Below, piece by piece: positions 6,918-7,167 of a stretch of DNA of 7,167 nucleotides. Source of the stretch: Prasinococcaceae sp. CCMP 1430. Taxonomy: Eukaryota > Plantae > Prasinodermophyta. The position numbers and the translations under genes were made by a program. The stretch lies in assembly GCA_013416795.1 (NCBI GenBank), contig RQSC01001216.1, positions 1-7,167 of the forward strand. The letters run 5' to 3'. Positions within the stretch are counted from its first letter, which is position 1, and every line of letters begins with the position of its first letter. The notes beneath the pieces were generated by a model. The model did no database searches, was not told the DNA's origin, and saw only the letters and a program-made list of their open reading frames with translations.

Positions 6918-7147
6918 GCAGTAATAAAAGAGGCCTGATTATTTACAAATAAGAAGTACGCTTCTGCTGATTCAAACCAAGATCAGATAATAAGCTTCTC
7001 AAAAAATAATAGACTGAACTGCAAAAGAAATAGCCATGTCTTCAGGTTTAGCTGTAGACAGAGAGCAATGCTATTTTGCAGTTTAGCTTTCCAGCTAACA
7101 GGGCCTCCAGCTAAGTAGACTATACTGCCACCAACTGATTGATGGTC
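6858..7147 (-). mobile_element. Degenerate Ty1/copia LTR-retrotransposon pol fragment (RNase H domain)
   Basis: Minus-strand translation joined across about 4 frameshifts: DHQSVGGSIVYLAGGPVSWKAKLQNSIA(+2 nt)LSTAKPEDMAISFAVQSIIF(-1)RSLLSDLGLNQQKRT(-1)LFVNNQASFITAQDLVLSARSKHIDT(-1)YHFIH. This is collinear with the copia RNase H consensus DRKSTSGYVF.LGGG.ISW.SKKQ..VALSTAEAEY.A......WLR.LL.ELG.....T.LYCDNQSAI.LA.NPV.H.RTKHIDIRYHFIR. Abrupt GC rise at the junction. Confidence 0.88.
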
Positions 7148-7167
7148 GCCCTCGTCGTCGGCGGCGC

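Noticed and set aside
1-7167. tRNA, rRNA, CRISPR arrays, introns, or a free-living bacterial origin
   Set aside because: No such structures are seen and all spacers are short. The losses of rpl29, rpl24 and rpl15 together with extreme AT spacers fit a plastid better than a bacterium.

Overview
AT-rich, cyanobacterial-type plastid S10/spc ribosomal protein cluster on the + strand: rpl2 (5'-partial), rps19, rpl22, rps3, rpl16, rps17, rpl14, rpl5, rps8, rpl6, rpl18, rps5, secY. rpl29, rpl24, rps14, rpl30 and rpl15 are absent. This order matches what I recall for glaucophyte (Cyanophora-type) plastids; a reduced red-lineage plastid is not excluded. The 12 ribosomal protein frames are intact. The unusual part is the right end. 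At about 6858-6873 a strongly diverged secY breaks off before TM9/TM10 and joins the minus-strand remnant of a Ty1/copia retrotransposon RNase H domain. That remnant has about 4 frameshifts, about 43% GC versus about 23% just upstream, and 1 CpG versus 18 GpC. It is not in the supplied ORF track. No LTR is present at the junction, so the best readings are a young nuclear plastid insertion (NUPT) into an old methylated retroelement, or an assembly chimera. Also notable: SecY lacks the conserved C5-loop arginine and has an extra N-terminal hydrophobic segment, and an 18-bp tandem duplication at the rps5 stop creates two mutually exclusive 22-23 bp hairpins. All alignments were done by eye against remembered family consensus motifs; no searches were run.
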